A DNA stretch of 64,000 nt. Origin: Octopus vulgaris. Taxonomy: Eukaryota. Shown piece by piece: positions 42,336 to 57,460 of the stretch; positions within the stretch are counted from its first letter, which is position 1, and each line of letters opens with the position of its first letter. The notes below the pieces were generated by a model. It saw only the letters and a program-made list of their open reading frames with translations. It had not been told where the DNA came from and searched no databases. The position numbers and the translations under genes were made by a program. The stretch lies in the NCBI GenBank assembly GCA_951406725.2, contig OX597828.1:22692001-22756000 (forward strand), in the 5' to 3' direction.

Positions 42336-42799
42336 TAAATTAGAAATAAAACCACTATTAGGCAACTCAAACAGTGATAGACATAAACCAATACATAAAT
42401 AGCAAAAAATATAAATATAATTAATATAATATATAATATATATATAAAATATAAAATTTAAAATTTAAATTTTTTAATATTTTTAAATTTTAAGATTTTA
42501 AAATTTTTATATTTTTTAATTTTTTAATTTTTATATTTTTAAATTTTAAATTGTTTTACTAACCAAACGTACGTAGTGTTTTTACTTATTATATTATATT
42601 TATTTTTTTATACTTTTTGGTTAGTAAAAAAAAATTAATTTAAAGATATAAAAATTTAAAAATTTAAATTTTTTATTTTATATTTTATACATGTATATTA
42701 TTATATTATATTAATCATATTTTTATTTTTTGTTATTTATGTATTGGTTTATGTCTGTCACTGTTTGAGTTGCCTAATAGTGGTTTTATCTCTAATTTA
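42336..42799. repeat. Large imperfect fold-back (arms about 230 and 185 bp, loop about 48 nt) in a TA-flanked insert
   Basis: AACCACTATTAGGCAACTCAAACAGTGA..ACATAAACCAATACATAAATA (from about 42350) mirrors 42735-42786. Inner TTTTACTAACCAAA (42554-42567) mirrors TTTGGTTAGTAAAA (42616-42629). Confidence 0.9.
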
Positions 42800-43399
42800 T
42801 ATATATATATATATATATATAGCAATCACGAATTACCAGACGGTGCTAATGTGTATAGGAAGAAATGCTGAAAATTTCTTGGACTTGGGTAAATGTAAAT
42901 AAAGGAGAATCAATTAAAAATGATTTTATTCATCAGATTCCCCTCTAAGATTTGTACAATTATTACAGCGACCCTTCAGATTTTGTAAGCCCTATAAAGG
43001 AATTCGAAAATTTGGGCCTCCAGCCACCCCTTTGGCGATACCCTTAAACCCAGCAACTTTTCGACAGCCCCTCTTAAGAGGATAAGGTAGAAACGGGAAT
43101 CCTTCACCTAAACAATCTAACAAGATAGTATTTCTGACTTGTGCTCTATATTAGATCTATTTCTTCTAATACCTAACGAACTGCAATTACGATTGACCAA
43201 TTAACTCATATTTACATTCCGTTTCAAGAAAAGATGAACAATAACCAATTCCTATACAGTAAAAGACTTGAACTAATATTTTTTTCCTAACCTCCCCCGG
43301 CACCACCACCACTCTTCTCTTTGATATATTCGATTCTTTTTATAGCAATCAATGAATCAATGGTTTCATTTAATCACGTTAACTCACAAGCACTTACAT

Positions 43400-43487
<88 letters not shown>

Positions 43488-43638
43488 CCTATCCTTTCTA
43501 TCTGTCTAGGTTTATATAACTTCAAATTTCTCTCAACCAATCTCTATATTTCTGTCTATACGCTTCTTTCTCCTCACTTACCGCTCTCTCTCTCTCTATC
43601 TCTCTCTCTCTCTCGCTACACACACACACACGCACACA

Positions 43639-43690
<52 letters not shown>

Positions 43691-43940
43691 ACGATATATA
43701 TATATGTGTGTGTGAGTGTGTGTGTGTGTATGCATGTAGATATATATATGTATATCTGTGTGTATTCGAGCATTCATATACACAAATGTAATTCGATATA
43801 TATATATATATATATATATACGCTTGTGTGTGATTGTATGTGCTTATATAGCTAAGCATATGTATAGAATTTTCCACACTGGCAGATAGATATTGATAAA
43901 TATACATACACACACACATGCAAACACACGCACACATATG

Positions 43941-43971
<31 letters not shown>

Positions 43972-44400
43972 GTTCTGAGTGTGTGTGTATACCTGCGTGT
44001 GCGTGGGTGTGGGTGTGTTCGGGTGTGTGAGATCTCGCCGTTCGCGTGCGCGCGTATGTGTGTGTGTGTGTGCGTATGTGTACCTCTATGTATCTAAGTG
44101 ATTGTGGTAATTACGCATCATAACATTTTGTACAGTTTTGTTTTGGCTTTCTTGTTTTTTTTTCAGTGATGAAGAAGAAAAGAAGGCAATTAATTAAGTA
44201 GCACTTATATATACACGTTAACACACACACACACACACATACACGCGCGCGCGCACATACACACATATATGCACGATAATTTGCGTTACATTTGCGGAGA
44301 TTGCTTTTATCAGTTTCTTATTTCTTCTGCGTATTTTCCCTATACACTCACACACACACACACACACAGATATCTCTTACTCTCCCTCCATCTCTCTTTT

Positions 44401-44445
<45 letters not shown>

Positions 44446-44597
44446 GTGAGCGTGAGTTTATAGAGAGAGTGAAGGAGCGTGAGAGCGTGAGAGAGGTAAG
44501 TACGTATGTGCCTAATTATGTATACATGTGCATATAACTATATTTATATACGTATGTATTTAAGAGTGCGTTTGTGTCTATATATTTGTTGGTGTAC

Positions 44598-44654
<57 letters not shown>

Positions 44655-44742
44655 TATAAAGAGGTATATATATAGATATATATATAGGTATATATATATA
44701 TATATATATACATATATATATAGATAGATATAGATATATAGG

Positions 44743-44774
<32 letters not shown>

Positions 44775-45422
44775 TTCAAACATATAGACAGAGAGACAGA
44801 GAGAGAGAGAATGACCGATGTGGAGGAAAGGGGGAGAGACAAGGGGGAGATAGATAATGAGAGAGGCATAAATATGGATTGTCCCATATGTATATATACA
44901 TAACTGCACATGTCTTTATATATCTATCGTTTGTGCTATTTATTAGAGAAACCGAAAGAGAGAGAGGGTGAGAGACGGAAATAAAAGTTTGTGTGTGTTT
45001 GTGTCTATAAAGTGTATATAAATATACTTTGTACCACTGACAGTAAGCTTTACGGGTGTGTCCCTGCATCTGTCCTTCGTCTATAAATGTTACAGGAAGC
45101 TTTTATAAACACACAGAATGGCATGGGATGCAATTGCTAGTTAAATTTCAATCGCCTTGAGTTAACGATTGAATCTGAAGTTTTATGTTGAGCGAAGCTT
45201 ATAACTGTATTATGAACAATGGGTTTTAAACTCTCTTTGTTTCATTCGAACGACTGTGACACCGCGTCGAAGGAAGACATCAAATCCAGTTTTTGAAGTC
45301 AGGTACTTGGTGTGAAAAACTTTTTTCCTGAAACCCCTAAGTTACATGAACACGAAAACAAATTCATGACGATTGTTAAGAGGCTATGTCAAACAAGCAC
45401 AAACACAATGAGACACGTATGC

Positions 45423-45501
<79 letters not shown>

Positions 45502-45529
45502 TAGGTATTTATACAGATATGTATAGATG

Positions 45530-46248
45530 GGCACATTCTGTGAGAAAAACAGTAACACGACGCAATTTATTATGCCAGAAATTTGGAAACCACCAACTGT
45601 GTTCCTTGTCATTCGTGCTCCAATACGATCATTTCAGAGTGTTTGGATATCAATCTGAGAAAAGTGCACTCTCAGGACATGTATCGAGCGTGATAAAAAT
45701 CAAACAGCCATTCAACATTGTGTTTTGAGTGATCACTCTGTGATGGCTACGCTATGCTACCATTCATCTTCCCACGCGGTCTCAGACTCAACACGGAGGC
45801 CTACACCAAGCGATTGGAGAAGGTAGTGCTGCCTTCGGTCAAGAGAGTGGCTGCTAGAAGACCCTATGTCTGGCAACAGGACTCTGCACCATTGTCACAC
45901 AAGCAGGAGAACCCAGTCATGGATGTCAGACAATTTCTGTGACTAGATTACTCCGAACATCTAGCCACATAACACCCCAGACTGCATCCCCCTTCGTATT
46001 GTGTGAATCAGAGCTGATCGAGTAACCAACAACACTCCTTGTAACAGTAACACAGAAGAATTGCAAGGGATTACGAAGTCGTCTGGAGGCTGTGGTTGAA
46101 CCCAATGGCGATTTTATTGAACAAATTTGCTCTTTAGTATATGAAGATATTTTTTTATGAAATTTTGGTAAATATACCTGTTAAAATGTGATGCAAGTGT
46201 TATTTTCATTACTGCGGTAATTTAGACAACAGTTTATTCACTGCACCC

Positions 46249-46250
<2 letters not shown>
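45530..46250 (+). mobile_element. Decayed Tc1/mariner transposon, maT/DD37D-like catalytic domain plus right end
   Basis: Translation PFIFPRGLRLNTEAYTKRLEKVVLPSVKRVAARRPYVWQQDSAP, then after a frameshift HTSRRTQSWMSDNF..I*PHNTPDCIPL (WPPNSPD-like). Ends TTTATTCACTGCACCCTA next to (TA)n. Left boundary uncertain. Confidence 0.85.
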
Positions 46251-46322
<72 letters not shown>

Positions 46323-46348
46323 TGTGTCTGTGTCTGTGTGTGTATACA

Positions 46349-46413
<65 letters not shown>

Positions 46414-46428
46414 CTGTGTGTGTATGCA

Positions 46429-46465
<37 letters not shown>

Positions 46466-46670
46466 ATGAAAGGAAAAACGGACAAGAAAAAGCAACGCGA
46501 GGACGTGGTACATGCAAGGGCATTGATAAAACTCTCAGAGAAGAAAGGGTGATTTATGATTCGAGCAAAGCTGAAAGTCCAACAGCAAAGGAAGATGGAG
46601 GGGAAAATAAACTCAATAGTCAACATGCAGTTTATCCATATGTATCCATCCTTACATCCTATATATACAT

Positions 46671-46742
<72 letters not shown>

Positions 46743-47263
46743 GGTGTGGTCAGAAGAAATACTAAACCTCATGAGAGGACAAGTGAAAGTCTACAAAAAA
46801 AATGACAGTTCAAGAAATTTTAAGTCAGAAAATGGGATGACATTCTTATACCTTTCAAAAAGGTACACTTCAGTCTCGTTCCAAACGCTACCATAAGAAC
46901 AAGGAAATAAGGAAATGCTTTACAACACTGGATCATTTGCCAACAGTTTTTTTTATCAATCCGTAAGGAAACTGTGCAACCTCACAACAATTTTCAGACT
47001 TCTTTTAACAATGATCAGTACTACTATAAACTCTCACAAAACTTCATGCATCATTGAAGAAGAAAACAATTTTTTTATGGCATGAAAGTGATCAATCACA
47101 AGAGATTATCGTACAGTGAGATCATTCATATTTAGGAAAAAAATATTGAAAATTGAAATGGTACTAAGAATCAGATAAAACTCAAAGCCAAAGAATTTTA
47201 TTTACCCGCAATATAAATGACATATATACATATACATACATGCATATACATACATACATACAT

Positions 47264-47294
<31 letters not shown>

Positions 47295-47592
47295 TATATA
47301 TGTATCAGAACATACATTTAAGTATAGAATTGACTATGGCTAGTTTCCAATCAATCTAATATCAGTGTATTGATTGGATTGGCAATGGACTAATTAATGT
47401 GAGAAGTCTGTGCTCTGCATTCATATATATATTATGAATATGTATATACACGTATATATCTATATATACAAATATACTCTGTTATAATATATGTATGTTT
47501 ACTTATAATAAACGTGTGTCGATATATGTATATATACGTACGTGCATATATACGTATATATACATATATATATATATACATGTGTATATACA

Positions 47593-47628
<36 letters not shown>

Positions 47629-47728
47629 CATACGTACATATATGTGTGTATATATATACCCATCTATCTATCTAACTAACTATCTATCTATCTATGTATC
47701 TATCTATCTATGTATATACCTATCTATA

Positions 47729-47799
<71 letters not shown>

Positions 47800-48354
47800 T
47801 CGTTGTGCAAAAATAAATAACTGCAAAAAGAGAATATTTTGTACTACGGAGAAATACGAAAAACTTATGCTCACCTATGTGTAAGAAAGTAGAAAATTTG
47901 AATGAATCTAATTAATTATATGCTATAGAAAGCTGTCTGTGAGACAGATTTAAAAAAAAAATTCTTCTATGTTCATTGAGACTAGGAAGATGGTTCTATG
48001 TCAACAAGTATAGCCTGCGATTCGGTACCTCTTGGCGGGTCTCCCTTATAAAATCGTCAAGGCGTGCGCAAAAATCTAGCAGGCGTTTGCTCTTATTTGC
48101 TTAGAATTTCCTTAGGAGAGATACCGGCTTTTAATAAATGAGTAAAGTGAGAGGGTTTCTGCTGAGACGATTAGTGCAATATTGACGTTCATACATCAAA
48201 GTTGTTGTCCTTAAATCAGAAACAAAAAGGAAATAACAAATAAACTTAGAAATGAAGATTTGTATTGGGAAGTGTGTGAATTTCCTCCACTGTAATAATT
48301 TCCTAAGTTTCCATTGCAATAGACGCATGGCGTCTATTGCAATACTTCGGAGGC

Positions 48355-48534
<180 letters not shown>

Positions 48535-48535
<1 letters not shown>

Positions 48536-48970
48536 GACATCAAAATTGTTTAAAATTTTGGCACTGGACCAACACCTTTCGTTTTCTTTTTTGAAGGGAG
48601 TGTGTTGTCCATGACATCAACTTCATTACTTTGACTGACGTTTTGTCATTGACCTGAAACGTCGACCTCGGTAGAATTTGAATTCACAACGTAAAGGGAG
48701 CCGAAATGCCGCTAAGCATATTGTCACTATCCTACGTACCTCTCCCTCTTCCTACCGACATATAATTTTAACAATCCTTTCTAATAACATAGGCACAGGG
48801 CCTGAATTGGAAGAGCTAGTAGATCATATCTACCTCAGTGCTTGACTGATATTTATTTCTTCGACCCCCGACAAAATGAAAGGCGTACTGGACCTCTGAG
48901 GAATATGAAATCGGACGAAATGCTGCTAAGAAATTTGTTCGAGCTGCTAACTTTTCTACCAGCTCACCGA
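48535..48970 (-). mobile_element. Two degraded SINE B copies
   Basis: GTCGACCTCGGTAGAATTTGAA (about 48661) and TCGACCCC..ATGAAAGGC (about 48862). Confidence 0.6.
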
Positions 48971-49008
48971 CTCCGTACTAGAACATAATAATAATAAAAT
49001 TAATAATG

Positions 49009-49074
<66 letters not shown>

Positions 49075-49092
49075 GAAATAATAATAATAATG

Positions 49093-49155
<63 letters not shown>

Positions 49156-50092
49156 GCAACTTGCTAAATATGTACATATTCAAAATTCGGTCAAGATTGC
49201 CACTCTACTTTTTGAAAGAAAAACGAAATAAAACTCATTTTTTTTTTGTCTGCACCCTAATTGAAGACAGGCGCAGAAAATATCAAAAGGGCATTACATG
49301 GATCAAAATAATGGACGAAGTAGCATCAAAATAATATCCAAAAATAAAGGTTGCGCAACTACCAAAAACATATAAGAAATAAAGAAAACCAGAAAATGAA
49401 ATAAATAATTGAGATCAGTAATATATATAGAACTTCATAAAAGAATTTAAATTTCAACACAATTTAGCCAAAGATACGGTTTATGACCATTTTCGGCATG
49501 ATAGGGTTAGCTCTTGGGCCAGTTATTTACCGGGTTTGTATTTTTGTATTTTTGTATTTTTCACAAATGACTGTGTTTTTTTTTGCTCTGTGTCTTCGTT
49601 CCAGGGTGGTGGTCGAATTATTTACATTTCTGTTGTTATCCGTGTTTATCTATCTTGCAGTTGCTGTTGTTGTTGTTGTTCTTCTTGTTCCTGATATTTC
49701 CTATTTTTCCAGTATTTTCGTGATATTTTCATTAATGGCATATTTTTCATGGATTCATTTATTTATTTTCAATTTTTTATTTTTTAACATGACCTACGAA
49801 AATTGTTACAATGGCATAGTCATGTTGAACTGGATCAGCAAGCAGCTGTCAAAATAAAGCTGGTTTCTAGATTTACACACAGGAATTTGTACTGAGTGAA
49901 TAACAAAGATAGAGAGAGAGAGAGAGGGGGGGAGAGAGGGGAGAGAGAGAGAGAGCGGAAGGGTGATAGCGAAAGAAATGCAGGAAGAAGGCAAGGATTT
50001 GCAGATTGAAACAATATGCAGCTAGCTCACTTTTAAAACAAGGTTGAAATGTGAAATTAAAAGCTAGTGGATGCTTACTCACACCCGGATAT

Positions 50093-50094
<2 letters not shown>

Positions 50095-50162
<68 letters not shown>

Positions 50163-50661
50163 ACACACACACGTACAAGCAACATACGTATACATATATT
50201 ATATATATAGTTAAATATATGTACAAATACACACAAATATACATATATAAGTACACACACACTCTCTATATATACATATCTATATATGTATATATATATA
50301 TATATATATTGTTATGTATATATGTATATATTTATATATATACATATATATATATAATATGTATGTATATATATGTATATATATATATAGATATAATAAG
50401 TATGTATGTATGTATATATATATATATAATGTGTATGTATATATATATGCATATATATATATGTATATATATATATGTGCATATATATATGTATGTATAT
50501 ATATATATACATATATATATATGCATATATATATATGTGTATGTATATATATATGTGTATGTATATATATATATATGTATGTATATGTATATATATGTAT
50601 ATATATATATATGTGTATATGTATATATATATGTATATGTTTGTATATATATATGTATATG

Positions 50662-50718
<57 letters not shown>

Positions 50719-50740
50719 GTACATATATATATATGTATGT

Positions 50741-50781
<41 letters not shown>

Positions 50782-51145
50782 TATATATATATATGTATAT
50801 GTATATATATATATGTATATATATATGTATATATATATATATGTATATATATATATGTATATATATATATGTATATATATATATGTATGTATATATATAT
50901 ATGTATGTATATGTATATATATATAAGTATGTATATGTATATAGATATATAAGTATGTATATGTATATATAATTGTATATATATGTGTATATGTATATAT
51001 ATGTATGTATATATATCTATGTATATGTATATATGCATGCATATATATCTATGTATATGTATATATACATGCATATATATATGTATATGTATATATATAT
51101 ATGTATATGTATATGTATATATATGAATATATGTTTATATATATG

Positions 51146-51185
<40 letters not shown>

Positions 51186-51348
51186 TATGTGTGTATATCT
51201 ATATATACATGTAATATTTATGCATATATGATTCATGTAAATATATATATTATATATATACACACATTAACATATATGCACAAACGCACAGGTGTATAAC
51301 ATAGGTATCTATATCTATGCTGTTTATCTCTCGTTTCATCTATCATCT

Positions 51349-51425
<77 letters not shown>
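50095..51425. repeat. About 1.3-kb compound (CA)n/(TA)n/(TATG)n low-complexity tract
   Basis: Direct reading; source of the longest spurious ORFs. Confidence 0.97.
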
Positions 51426-51429
<4 letters not shown>

Positions 51430-51628
51430 CATTTGAATACGTATGTATGCACACAAGTGCGCACGTGTGTGTGTGCGTGTGTGTATTTGTTTGTCGGTCT
51501 GCAAATGCATGGTAGGGACTTCAAAATCTGACATGCAATGATAGCCGTGCGAAGAAAGACAACGTTACACTATAGGACGAATGTCACATAACGAAATCAA
51601 CGTCTTAATAGAAAGCACACACACACAC

Positions 51629-51660
<32 letters not shown>

Positions 51661-51662
51661 TA

Positions 51663-51694
<32 letters not shown>

Positions 51695-51991
51695 GCACAC
51701 ATACACATGTATGTATGTCTTTATTTGATTATGTATGAAATAACAGCTAAATTCCAGAACTTAGTGATTGCGGAGATAAAGCGAATACTTTTCAGTATTA
51801 ACCTATAGATGCGTGTGTGTCCGTGTGTATGTGTGTATCTGTGTGTGTTTGTGTCGGTGTGTATTTGTGTATGTGTGTGCTTTTATGTGGTTCCAGTTGC
51901 TTTTGCTGCTGCTGCTGCTGCTGCTATTACTATTACTACCACCAATACCACACTACTACTGATAATAATAATAATAATGATAATAATAATA

Positions 51992-52048
<57 letters not shown>

Positions 52049-52074
52049 TTAATAATAATAATAAACATGATAAT

Positions 52075-54107
52075 TGTTTCCGAATCACGCACAAGGCCAG
52101 CAGTTGTGAGATCATAGCGTTCAGTGGACCACATCGCCGCCAGTATGTGCCTGTTTCACTGTGCTACCGATTGCGGATGTATGAAAAGGAGTCTTGACCT
52201 CGGCGACACTTGATCATTGAACGTGGAATGGTCTGTCCAATTTACGTTCTATAAATTCTAATTGTTGTATAAGACCTATAGTTGTGTCAGGCGGTTACAT
52301 ACACTTGATTGGTTGTTTTGTTTATTCGGTCCTCAAAGGATGAAAGCTAAACTTAACCTCGGCTGGCTTTGAACTTAGTATCTTATGACCCAAAATAAAC
52401 AAGGCGCTTTGTCCATTCTGCCAGTCATAATAAGGGTTTCTGATATAGGTAGGAGGTCAGCAATTTCGAGGGCAAAGGTTAGTCAACACTATCGATCCAA
52501 GTGCTTGAGTGATATTTCATTATATCGATCTGGGAATAACGAAAAGGAAAAGCTGACAAACGCAGGATTTGATTTCAAACCATAACAAGTAAAGAGAAAT
52601 GAAGTAAGGCACTTCATCGATGGATTATGATTCTACAATATTATTAAAAATAGTGGTTTGAAATTGTGGAACGATGTCAGCAATATTACGTGGAGCGGGT
52701 AAGTCAACCCCAGAATTCAGCTGGTACATATTTTATCTGTCCCTAAAGAATAAAATCCAAAATTGATCTCGACATTATTTCGACACAGAAGGTAAAGTGT
52801 TGGAGCAAAATATTTAACATTTCGTTCAACCTATTCGCCACCTCAGCCAATAATAAGGGTTTGAGATTTAGATATGGAACTAACCGATTTCATGAACCCC
52901 AGTAATCGAGAAGAGGCGCTAAACAATTGCATCACTCCCAGTACTTCACTGGCACTTACTTTATGGACCCCGAAAGCTGGAAATACAAAGTCGACCTCAG
53001 CGTAATTTGAACTGAGGACAAAAAACGGAAGAAATGCCGGCAAGCATTTTGTCTGCCTTTTTAGCGACTCTGCCTCTTGCTCGCCGTCTTAACCAGTAAT
53101 AATAATAATCCTTTCGGCTATAGGCACAAAGTCTGAAATTTGGGAGAGGGGACTATTCAATTACATGGACTCCATTGTTTCACTGGTACTTAATTTATCG
53201 ATCCCGAAATGATGAAATGCAAAGTCGACTTCGGCGAAATTGTAACCCAGAACGTAGCGGTAGACGAAATACCTATTTCTTTACTACCCACAAGGGGCTA
53301 AACATAGAGGGGATAAACAAGGACAGAAAAACGGATTAAGTCGATTACATCGACCCCCAGTGCGTAACTGGTACTTAATTTATCGACCCCGAAAGGATGA
53401 AAGGCAAAGTCAACCTCGGCGGAATTTGAACTCAGAATGTAACGGCAGACGAAATACGGCTACGCATTTCGCCCGGCGTGTTAACGATTCTGCCAGCTCA
53501 CCGTCTTGTTATAATAATAATGGTTGTGATGCATGTGCCTGGTGTACCCTTATCAGACGGGTAGTCATGATGGGTATATTGGGCTTCGTATATTTTACCC
53601 CAGTGTCACTTTGATGGCATGAACTGCTCTCTCACTCAATAATAATAATAATAATAATAATAATGGATTCAAATTATGCCACAAAAGCTGGAAATTTGTT
53701 GAAGCAGATGAGTCGATTACATCGACTCCAGTATTCAACTGATACTTATTTTATCGACCCCCAAAGGATGAAAGGTAATGTCGGCCTCGGCAGAATTTGA
53801 ACTCAGAACACAGCGACAGGGGAAATACTACTAAGCATGTCGTCCGGTGTGTTATCGATTCTGCCAGCTCGCCACCATCATATAATAATAATCTTTACTA
53901 CTCTAGGTACAAGCCTCGAAATTCTTGTGGAGGGCGCCAGTCGAGTAGATCGACCCCAGTAAGCAACAGGTGCTTAATTTATCGACCCCCAAAAGTTAAA
54001 AGGCAAAGTCAATCTCGGCGGAATTTGAACTCAGAACGTAACGACCTGCGAAATACCGCTAGGCAGTTGGTACGGGGCGCTGACGTTTCTGCCAGCTCGC
54101 TGCCTTC
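52075..54107 (-). mobile_element. Head-to-tail cluster of about 9 SINE family B units
   Basis: Units at about 52075, 52270, 52435, 52655, 52857, 53108 (dimer to 53506), 53665 and 53892. All on the minus strand, most separated by short TAATAA runs. Confidence 0.8.
53521..53638 (+). mobile_element. 5'-truncated copy of the 15868-16425 element
   Basis: TGGTTGTGATGCATGTGCCTGGTGTACCCTTATCAGACGGGTAGTCATGATGGGTATA closely matches 16308-16365. TAA repeats on both sides. Confidence 0.85.
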
Positions 54108-54289
54108 CCTAAACCAATAATAGTAACAGTAGTAATAATATATACAACATTGATTTTTCACAGCATTAAGATCATCGTCTTCATCAGCAGAAAACAACAA
54201 GAACAGCAGTAGCGACAGTAGTGGTAGTAGTAGTAGTAACAACAGCTGCAATTCCAGCGCTACCATTAGAGACAGACATTAATTAAAAC

Positions 54290-55280
54290 CGAGAAAGTTT
54301 AATTATGACACCGACAGTGAAATCTGAGAATTAGACCAGAACCGTCCATAGAAATGGTTAAGAGGAGATTAAACTGATAAGATAAAAGATACAGAAACCA
54401 AGGAGAACATTAGCAAAGAGTATTAGCGAGAAGTCAGGCGAATTTTTATAAGTGAACTCAATACGTAAAGTATGACACTAATATGCGTAAATTCTTTAGT
54501 TGTCCCAGTTATAAACTGCAGCATTTATGTAGTAAAGTAGAGTTTAAATGAATTATAGTAATTCGAAAGAAAATTCAGGAAATTGCGTAGAGATTTCAAA
54601 GCAATCGCATACTCACTGAAACAATAATAAATTAACTACAACCCAATTACCCAGAGAAAAAGGGGTTAGATATGGACCAAACATTAGAATGATTAGAAAT
54701 GTAAAATAGGAGACTTAGAGAGAATTCCAGAATATTCTTTTATACTCTAGGCGCAAAGCCCGAAATTTTGCGCGATGTGGGAGGGGGGCAGTTGATTAGA
54801 TCGAATCCAGTACGCAACTGGTACTTAATTTATTGAACCTTAAAGGATGAAAGGCAAAGTCGACCTCGGCAGAATTTGAACTCAGAACGTAAAAAAATGC
54901 AAAGCATTTCGCCGGTCGTGCCAACGTTTCTGCCAGAATATTATTAAACAAAAATTAGAGAGAAAAAAATGAAATTCTATGGAAGCAAAGAGAAAACAAG
55001 GAGAAGAAAGTCAGAGTGGAAGTAAAGAACGATTCTGGAGCTTTAGGCGAGAAGCAGAAACGGAAGGTCTAATTTTAGTCCTGTAGTACGTACCAGTGCT
55101 TACACAGAAATTATTACAAAATATAAATTATTTGAAAAACGTTTTATATTATATTGCAAAAGTTGAGTTTGTATTTGGCTTTAGCATGAGTTCTCAGTAC
55201 AGGGAGAAAAATTGACCACATCATTGTCGGCTGCCTAAGTTCGATTATCAGTAATCGAACGTATGCAAGTTACATTATTT
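54290..55280 (+). mobile_element. Heavily decayed R4/Dong-like RT thumb to zinc-knuckle region
   Basis: KENISKEY*REVRRIFISELNT*SMTLICVNSLVVPVI (about 54400-54515) resembles the R4-clade KEY..R...L.SELN..N...AIN..AVPV segment. EKIDHIIVGC at about 55205-55235. Confidence 0.62.
54737..54936 (-). mobile_element. SINE family B with target-site duplication
   Basis: CCAGAATATT at 54727-54736 and 54933-54942 (partly overlapping the SINE head). Confidence 0.85.
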
Positions 55281-56797
55281 TGATAGACATGATGGAGTCA
55301 ACAGCTATGTTCAAAGAGCAGCAGGCTGAGTTTGCGTTGTAAAGAGACTTAGGAGGGAGTACCATAGAGATATTGTGCACCAAATGCGATGCATAGCAAT
55401 GGCCTAGATGCATTCATCTGGAATATTCCTATACTGACTGACGAGGAGGCGAAAGGAAAGATAAAAAGTTATCAATGACTCGAACAAAAATTTCTGTATT
55501 CGGGATAGATAATTCAATTCCTCCAAGACTAAACAACGCTTGGAAACATGTTTAAAATGTGCTTACCAACAGAATGAAATAAGCAGGATGTAGTATATGG
55601 AAATGAATTTAGTATTTTCAGTAAGAGAAATTGTGGATATCAATATCAAAGAATAGACAGTAACAAAAAATAAAGCAGTAATTTAAAAGGAGTGGAAAGA
55701 TTTACTTTTTTATATAAGAAGGCCAGCAATTTCGAAGCGACGGGTTAAGTCATTTACTACAAATCCTTGCTTTGACTGGTATTTAATTTCATTAAGCTTG
55801 ATACATAAAGAGAACATTTTAGAGATTTGGGATTTGAAATCAGAATGTAATGTGAGGAAAGAAATATTGCAGGATGTTTAGTCAGTCGCCCAAATGATTC
55901 TGTCAACCTGCCACCAAACACTAATAAATATTTTTAGGTTTGTAATGTGTATTGTATGGTTACAATGGTAATATCACAAGGACTAACTAAAGGCAATGTA
56001 CGGTTTTGATAGTGCGTAAGCGAAACCAAACAGGGAAATGGATTAAAGCAAGGAATCATAAAATTCCGAGCTAAAAAATTTATACATTCCCTCAGCCAGG
56101 TAAACATATACGATTTTCAGACAGGTGAGATTCTCAAGCAAAGGTTCTAGGTATTATTCTGTCCTTCTAGGTATAGATTACCCTCTTCTCCCAATAGTAT
56201 TTTTTAGTAGATAGGTGAATGCTTAGGGGCTGGCTTGATCGCTGAGAACTTGCATGAAACCTCGCTACTTTTAACTTCAATTGTGCAGATTAGCAGCACC
56301 TACTTCTGCACATTCATTTTATTGGATGAATTCGTCTTTCAAGAAATAGATGTAAGCGAAAAGAATTGTCTTTACTCTTTATAGTCTTCTCAAGACATAT
56401 TTCTTCTGTTGCTCTAGGAAAATAGGTTGCCCTTCCTTGGCAAAGAAAGGTGGAGCGGCGAAAAGGTTAAATACGCAAAAAAAGACAGGAAACCATGTAA
56501 GCAGCAGAGACAACAATAAGAAAGAAAGAAAATTGTGAAGAGGTCGAACATATTAACTGGATAGTCTAGCATGTGATATTGGAGAGGAAGGGATGACGGT
56601 GGCTAATTATCTTCCATTGAAATGGCAATATCATAACCATTCATTACGAAGTCTTCGATAATCGAATCCTTTCGCATAAATATCTTACAATTAAAGTTCA
56701 AATGTTATTATTAAATACATACTTATGTACGTATACGTATGTCTATGTATGCATATACATATCTATGTACGCATGTATTTTCATATATATACATGCA

Positions 56798-56840
<43 letters not shown>

Positions 56841-57254
56841 CCAATATCATTATAATGATTATCTCGTTGTAAGAGTAGTACTGCCGCTGCTACTACTACT
56901 ACTAGTCATGGTGGTGGTAATGATGATGATGATGAGGAGGAGGAGGAGGAGGGGAGGGAGGAGGAGGAAAATGATAATAATACAGATTACTTGACATTCC
57001 TAAATTTAATCTCGGAGAACTCGCAACACCGTTCTATTTTTTTCGGAGTAGTGAGTGTGTGTGTGTTTGTGTGTTTGTGTGTGTGTGCATGTGTGTGTGT
57101 GTGATTAAATGCCACGCATAGGTATGCTGATATCATTGAATATACACCACAGCTATAAGTAAATTTGCTTAACATTAAAGTTAATGAAGATGGTGTTCAT
57201 AATAATAATCATAATAATAATAAGAGCAACAAGAAGATTGCATTATAATGATAA

Positions 57255-57460
57255 AGGTTGCGAGCTTGTAGTGTCAGCAGCATTTGAAGCAAAATTAACT
57301 GTAATATTTCTTCTGACTGTATACTTTCCAAGTTCAAATCTTGCCGAGAGCAGCTGTGCTTTTCAAGTCTCCGGGGCTAACCAAAGAAAGTACTAACCAA
57401 AATCTGGGATTGATATAATTGACTACCTAAAAATTTGCCGATATCATGCTTAATTTGGGA
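57255..57460 (+). mobile_element. Degraded SINE B
   Basis: GCGAGCTTGTAG..AGTTCAAATCTTGCCGAG..GCTTTTCAAGTCTCCGGGG. Confidence 0.5.

Noticed and set aside
42870-42940. Minus-strand CTGATGA...GAAA (similar strings near 54185 and 57520)
   Set aside because: Helices do not close around the core; compatible with chance.
46462-46600. Segment resembling the 23361-23490 hammerhead-bearing insert (TTTATGATTCGAGCAAAGCT)
   Set aside because: Possibly a relative, but the core is too decayed to call.
47798-48144. Possible Tc1-type MITE (TACTCGTTGTGCAAAA ... TTTTAATAAATGAGTA); similar lone termini near 35183 and 36181
   Set aside because: TIR match is too weak or unpaired to support without a database search.
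52075-54107. CRISPR-like repeat/spacer appearance
   Set aside because: Units are 150-250-bp diverged SINEs in eukaryotic DNA, with no constant short repeat and no cas genes.
55436-55465. CTGACGA-ggaggc-GAAA hammerhead core
   Set aside because: No helix III, cleavage triplet or helix I.
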